Source: Candidatus Nanopusillus sp.
Lineage (GTDB): Archaea > Nanobdellota > Nanobdellia > Nanobdellales > Nanobdellaceae
NCBI GenBank assembly: GCA_036845085.1
Contig: DAIUEN010000025.1
Coordinates: forward strand, 1-8,616
DNA length: 8,616 bases
Direction: 5' to 3'
Each line of letters begins with the position of its first letter. Position 1 is the stretch's first letter. The notes below the pieces were generated by a model, which saw nothing but the letters and a program-made list of their open reading frames with translations, had not been told where the DNA came from and made no database searches. This document shows, piece by piece, positions 4,927 through 8,616 of the stretch. Made by a program: the position numbers and the translations under genes.

Positions 4927-7094
4927 ATAGAGTTTATTATTTCTTCTTGTAATTCTCTAGGTACTTTTTCAAATGTTTGATCTTCTAAGAACCACACACC
5001 TTTTCCAGATGTTATTGATCTTAATTCATCAGTAAATCCAAACATATTGGCAACAGGTACTTTGGCTTTTATTATACTTCTATCATCTTTCATATCTATT
5101 TCTAATATTTGTCCTCTTTTTGAGGACAATAAAGAAGTTACATCTCCAACATATTCTGAAGGAACATCAATTCTTATTATTTGTAAAGGTTCATACAATA
5201 CTGGCGCTTCTAAAATTGCTTCTTTAATGGCATCTCTTGTTGCGGGTATTATTTGTGCGGGACCTCTATGTATAGCATCTTCATGTAATGTAGCATCAAT
5301 TAATTTTACTTTCATCATAATTCCAGGTTCCCATGCTATTGGTCCTTTTTCTACCACTTCTTTGAAACCTTCTACTATATATTCTATTACTTCTGGCAAA
5401 TGAACTATACCTCTAGTCATATCAATTAAAACGCAGTCATTCATAATATATATTATTCTTCTCGCTTCTTCTTTATCAAATCCTATTTCAGCGAATATTC
5501 TCCACAAATCTTCTTTTTTTATCCTCCCTTCGGGAACTTTTCCTTCTCTTATATATTCTCTTAGTTTTTGGAATATTTCATAAGGTAATGGCTCTATTTG
5601 TATGTATATTTTATTGTGTTTATTAGGCGATTTACCCTCATGTATGTTTGTTTGTTTTGCTACAGATTCTCTATATACTACTATTGGTTGTCCAGTTTTT
5701 ACAGGTATTCCAAAGTCATTCTGAATCCTATATTCTATTATTTGTAAATGTAAATCACCTAATCCAGATACTAATATTTCTCCTGTATCCTTTTTCTGTT
5801 CTACTTTTATTGTAGGATCCTCTCTCTTTAATAGTTCTAATGTCTCTATTAATTTTGGCAAATCATTAGGATTTTGAGGTTCGAAAGATTTTGTTACTAC
5901 AGGATCTAACCAATGTCTTAACTCTTCAAAACTTTCAACATTCTTTGGATCTGGAACTTTTCCTACTATTGTTTCTCCAGGATATAATCCTTTTATACCT
6001 ACTAGAGCTATAATATTTCCAGCTTTTACAGAATCTACACTTAATCTCTGTATACCCTTCCATATAGCTACCTGTTGTATCTTTAATTGCTTTCCAGCTG
6101 ATAGTAAATATACATCATCACCCTTATTTAAAGTACCTGAAAATATTCTAGCTGTTGCTATTTCTTGTTTTGATACTTTATCTATTATTACATTTGTTAC
6201 ATTTATAACTATAGGTCCATTAGGATCTAGATTTATCATTGATTTCCCAACATCTGAATTGGGATCTCCTTTCCATATATGAACTATTCTATATTTCTGT
6301 GCTTCTACTGGAGATGGGAGGTGTCTAATCACCATGTCTAATACTATTTTCGCTACTGGCGCTTTTTTTCTTGCTTCTTCTTTTAGTTTTTCTTTATCAT
6401 TTCCATATTTTTCATATATTTCTATAATGTCCTTGAAGGTTACATTATATTTCTTCATATATGGTACAGATAATGCCCAATGATATTTTGCAGATCCGAA
6501 AGCTACAGATCCGTCTAAAACATTAACGTTCCATTTACCTTTAAACTCTTGTGGACAATATTTATCTATCAGTCTATTTACTTCAATAACAATCTGTCCT
6601 ATCCTTTCCATTATTTGTTGTGGAGATAATTTCAGCTCTGTAATTGCTCTATCTGTTTTATTAATAAATAGTACTGGTTTTACATATTCTTTTAGAGCAG
6701 TCCTTAATACAGATTCTGTTTGTGGCATAATTCCATCTACAAAATCTACTACAACTATAGCACCATCTATAGCTCTAGCAGCCCTAGTTACTTGACCGGA
6801 AAATTCTACGTGACCTGGAGTATCTATTAAATTTATAAGATAATCTTGTCCCTCATACTCATGAACCATAGAGACAGCAGCCCCATATACAGTCATTTCT
6901 CTTTGTCTTTCTGTTTCATGCCACCAAGTAAACATAGCTTCTCCAGCAAGATCTTCAGCTAGCATACCAGATCCCGCTAATAAATTGTCTGTTAGTGTAG
7001 TCTTGCCATGGTGGATATGTGCTATTATTCCTATGTTTCTTATATTTTGTGGATTATTCATTACTTTTAGTACTCTTTCTGTAAGAGTTGCCAT
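4890..7094 (-). CDS. fusA: Archaeal translation elongation factor 2 (aEF-2)
   Basis: 734 aa, full length.
- GTPase motifs: AHIHHGKTT (G1), DTPGHVEF (G3), NKTDR (G4).
- Domain IV diphthamide loop: LHEDAIHRGPAQIIPA, with the target His codon at 5268-5270 (residue 609 by my count).
- The overall sequence is collinear with archaeal EF-2 as I remember it (for example ...VSMVHEYEGQDYLINLIDTPGH...). Confidence 0.98.
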   Translation of the reverse strand: MATLTERVLKVMNNPQNIRNIGIIAHIHHGKTTLTDNLLAGSGMLAEDLAGEAMFTWWHETERQREMTVYGAAVSMVHEYEGQDYLINLIDTPGHVEFSGQVTRAARAIDGAIVVVDFVDGIMPQTESVLRTALKEYVKPVLFINKTDRAITELKLSPQQIMERIGQIVIEVNRLIDKYCPQEFKGKWNVNVLDGSVAFGSAKYHWALSVPYMKKYNVTFKDIIEIYEKYGNDKEKLKEEARKKAPVAKIVLDMVIRHLPSPVEAQKYRIVHIWKGDPNSDVGKSMINLDPNGPIVINVTNVIIDKVSKQEIATARIFSGTLNKGDDVYLLSAGKQLKIQQVAIWKGIQRLSVDSVKAGNIIALVGIKGLYPGETIVGKVPDPKNVESFEELRHWLDPVVTKSFEPQNPNDLPKLIETLELLKREDPTIKVEQKKDTGEILVSGLGDLHLQIIEYRIQNDFGIPVKTGQPIVVYRESVAKQTNIHEGKSPNKHNKIYIQIEPLPYEIFQKLREYIREGKVPEGRIKKEDLWRIFAEIGFDKEEARRIIYIMNDCVLIDMTRGIVHLPEVIEYIVEGFKEVVEKGPIAWEPGIMMKVKLIDATLHEDAIHRGPAQIIPATRDAIKEAILEAPVLYEPLQIIRIDVPSEYVGDVTSLLSSKRGQILEIDMKDDRSIIKAKVPVANMFGFTDELRSITSGKGVWFLEDQTFEKVPRELQEEIINSIRKRKGIPEGIH

Positions 7095-7130
7095 GAATTA
7101 GATATAAGTATTATATTTATAAGATTATGA
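7095..7130. promoter_or_regulatory. 36-bp divergent promoter region shared by EF-2 and dph6, with two TATA-like boxes
   Basis: The sequence is GAATTAGATATAAGTATTATATTTATAAGATTATGA. AGATATAAGT (7100-7109) is centred about 26 nt upstream of the dph6 ATG. TATTTATAAG (7114-7123, read as CTTATAAATA on the - strand) is centred about 25 nt upstream of the EF-2 ATG. There is no Shine-Dalgarno-like motif on either side, which would fit leaderless mRNAs. TATA-like strings are frequent by chance in DNA this AT-rich. Confidence 0.3.
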
Positions 7131-7805
7131 ATGAGGCTAGGAATCTTATTCTCTGGTGGAAAAGATTCAAACTATGTTCTATATAGAGCAAAAAAGGAAG
7201 GACATGAAGTACCAGTATTGATAAACGTAGTGTCTGGAGAAGATTCATACTTATTTCATACAATAAATTATAATATTGTAGACTTACAAGCAAAAGCCTT
7301 AGATATACCACTAGAAAGAATATATACTAATGTAGAAAGAGAATATGAAGATTTAATAGATGCATTAAGAAATATAAAAGAAAAATACAGTTTAGAAGGT
7401 ATTGGTTTTGGTGTAATAAAGTCAAGGTATCAATATAAAAAATTTAGTAAGATATTTGAAGAGATGAATTTATATAGTTTTACTCCTTTATGGATGAGAG
7501 ATGAAGAAGAATATTTATACGAGTTGATTAATATGGGATTTAAAGTAATAATATCTGGTTTTTTTGCTTATCCCTTTGATAAATCTTTGTTGGGTAAAGA
7601 ATTGGATGAAAAAATAGTAAAATACCTTAAAGAATTGAATGAAAAGTATAAGATAAATATGGCTGGAGAAGGAGGAGAAATAGAAACTACGGTACTATAT
7701 CAACCATATTTCGGGAAAAAGATAGTTATAGATAAATATAAGGAAATAATTGGTAATAATTATGGAATATTTAAAATAGAAGAAGCACATTTAGAGGATA
7801 TATAA
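7131..7805 (+). CDS. dph6: Diphthine-ammonia ligase-like PP-loop ATPase (Dph6 / DUF71 / COG2102, MJ0570 family)
   Basis: 224 aa. It has the N-terminal PP-loop MRLGILFSGGKDSNYVLYRA (SGGKDS at nt 7152-7169), the family-typical SYLFHTINYNIVDLQAKALDIPL segment, and GEGGEIETTVL near the C-terminus. Size and motif order match the MJ0570-type archaeal Dph6 family. Confidence 0.87.
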   Translation: MRLGILFSGGKDSNYVLYRAKKEGHEVPVLINVVSGEDSYLFHTINYNIVDLQAKALDIPLERIYTNVEREYEDLIDALRNIKEKYSLEGIGFGVIKSRYQYKKFSKIFEEMNLYSFTPLWMRDEEEYLYELINMGFKVIISGFFAYPFDKSLLGKELDEKIVKYLKELNEKYKINMAGEGGEIETTVLYQPYFGKKIVIDKYKEIIGNNYGIFKIEEAHLEDI

Positions 7806-7835
7806 AATATTTCTGAAGATATTATTATAATCTAA

Positions 7836-8616
7836 TTAAAACAAACTGTCTATGGTAATTTCTTTTTCAATTACTTCACCATCTTTTATTTTTCTTTCAA
7901 TGAATTTTTTATTAATTTTTACATATAAAGGATATGATATCTCAGATATTTTTGGTTCTCCACTCAAATAAATTTTATATCCACAAAAAATACATCTATC
8001 TTTGTTTAAATTTGTTTCATAAACTGTAAATTGATATCTTTTTATTAATGGTTTTCTACAATTTGGACAATATGTATTTTCATATTCATTTCCAGGTAGA
8101 TTTCCAATGTATACATATCTTATCCCTTCTTTTTTTGCGATTTCTACATGTTTATGTAATGTTTCTATTGGAGTTGGATATAAATAGTCTAACTTATATT
8201 CTGGAAAAAATCTTAAGAAATGTATATTAGAATTTTCACCCATTATGTCATATAATATTTTTGCTAATTTTTTTGCATCTTCTAGATTGTCACCAATTTC
8301 TGGTATAACTAAGTCAGTTATTTCCAAATGTATATTTTTTTTGTATAATTCCTCGATAGTATTAAATACCGGTTCATAAGATATTATTGAAATATACTTT
8401 CTAGCGAATTCTTCGTTTCCATTTCCTTTTATATCTATAGTAACTGCATCTACATATTTAGACATAAAATCTATTGCTTCATCCGTTAGATAACCATTAG
8501 ATATTAAAATAATTTTTATATTTTCTTTTTTTGCAATTTTAGAAACATCATATATATATTCAGAATATATGGATGGCTCATTATATGTAAAATTTATTAT
8601 ATCTATATTATACATT
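7836..8616 (-). CDS. amrS: AmmeMemoRadiSam-system / PflA-like radical SAM enzyme (COG1180), N-terminus truncated by the window edge
   Basis: The visible 259 aa carry the family's post-cluster motifs in order: FTYNEPSIYSEY, LISNGYLT, VTIDIKG, IHFLRFFPEYKLDYLYPTPIETL, YVYIGNLPGNEYENTYCPNCRKPLIKRYQF ... CIFCGYKI. The CxxxCxxC SAM-cluster region normally lies about 60-90 aa before FTYNEP, so it must be beyond nt 8616. The Met at 8615 is therefore probably internal. Confidence 0.85.
   Translation of the reverse strand, partial: MYNIDIINFTYNEPSIYSEYIYDVSKIAKKENIKIILISNGYLTDEAIDFMSKYVDAVTIDIKGNGNEEFARKYISIISYEPVFNTIEELYKKNIHLEITDLVIPEIGDNLEDAKKLAKILYDIMGENSNIHFLRFFPEYKLDYLYPTPIETLHKHVEIAKKEGIRYVYIGNLPGNEYENTYCPNCRKPLIKRYQFTVYETNLNKDRCIFCGYKIYLSGEPKISEISYPLYVKINKKFIERKIKDGEVIEKEITIDSLF

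Noticed and set aside
5047-5403. 118-aa + strand ORF inside EF-2
   Set aside because: It is antisense to the most conserved gene in the window and its Ser/Ile/Ala-rich sequence has no motifs. It is a shadow ORF.
7117-7311. 64-aa - strand ORF overlapping the dph6 5' end, and the 60-aa + strand ORF at 8048-8230 inside the radical SAM gene
   Set aside because: Both are antisense to well-supported genes. The first would also consume the EF-2/dph6 promoter gap. There is no supporting signal for either.
7806-7823. Possible terminator hairpin AATATT-TTCTGAA-GATATT between dph6 and the radical SAM gene
   Set aside because: The stem is only about 6 bp, A/T-only, and includes a G-U pair. That is not distinguishable from chance in this composition.
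7836-8616. Interpreting the radical SAM gene next to dph6/EF-2 as the diphthamide enzyme Dph2
   Set aside because: The motifs (FTYNEP, HFLRFFPEYK, NTYCPNC...CxxCG) are those of the PflA-like/AmrS family, not the non-canonical Dph2 fold. The gene is also convergent with dph6, so the adjacency is probably coincidental.
1-8616. Searches for tRNA/rRNA genes, CRISPR repeats, IS elements or integrases, long direct or inverted repeats, and C/D-box sRNAs
   Set aside because: The non-coding gaps total only about 175 nt, with the largest 51 nt. I found no repeat-spacer periodicity, no transposase-like or integrase-like ORF, and no convincing C-box/D-box pair by eye. A computational scan (tRNAscan, Infernal) would be needed to exclude small RNAs embedded in genes.

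Overview
This is an AT-rich window (about 25% G+C in the lines I counted by hand) and it is very tightly packed. Nine genes leave only about 175 nt of non-coding sequence, in five gaps of 10 to 51 nt. The content is clearly archaeal: aEF-2 with a diphthamide-site histidine, a Dph6-type diphthine-ammonia ligase, and a FlaI/PilB-type secretion ATPase. The compaction and divergent sequences suggest a reduced-genome, possibly DPANN/Nanoarchaeota-like lineage, but that is inference only.

Left to right, the + strand carries:
- the 3' end of a CARDB/COG1361-like surface protein with a C-terminal membrane anchor
- a MacB/FtsX-type ABC permease
- two small pilin-like ORFs
- a FlaI/PilB-family ATPase
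- a half-length FlaJ/TadC-like platform protein

Next comes aEF-2 on the - strand, convergent with the platform gene. A Dph6-like PP-loop ATPase on the + strand is divergent from EF-2 across only 36 bp. Last is the 3' two-thirds of an AmmeMemoRadiSam-type (PflA-like) radical SAM enzyme on the - strand, whose N-terminus lies beyond the right edge.

I saw no tRNA, rRNA, CRISPR array, transposase or long repeat. The most interesting region is 1678-4879, a minimal non-archaellum type IV pilus-like module. It has uncharacterised, apparently paralogous pilin-like subunits and a single-domain platform protein, and it sits directly downstream of the surface-protein/MacB-permease pair. The EF-2/dph6 divergent pair and unusual substitutions in the EF-2 GTPase motifs are also worth a second look.
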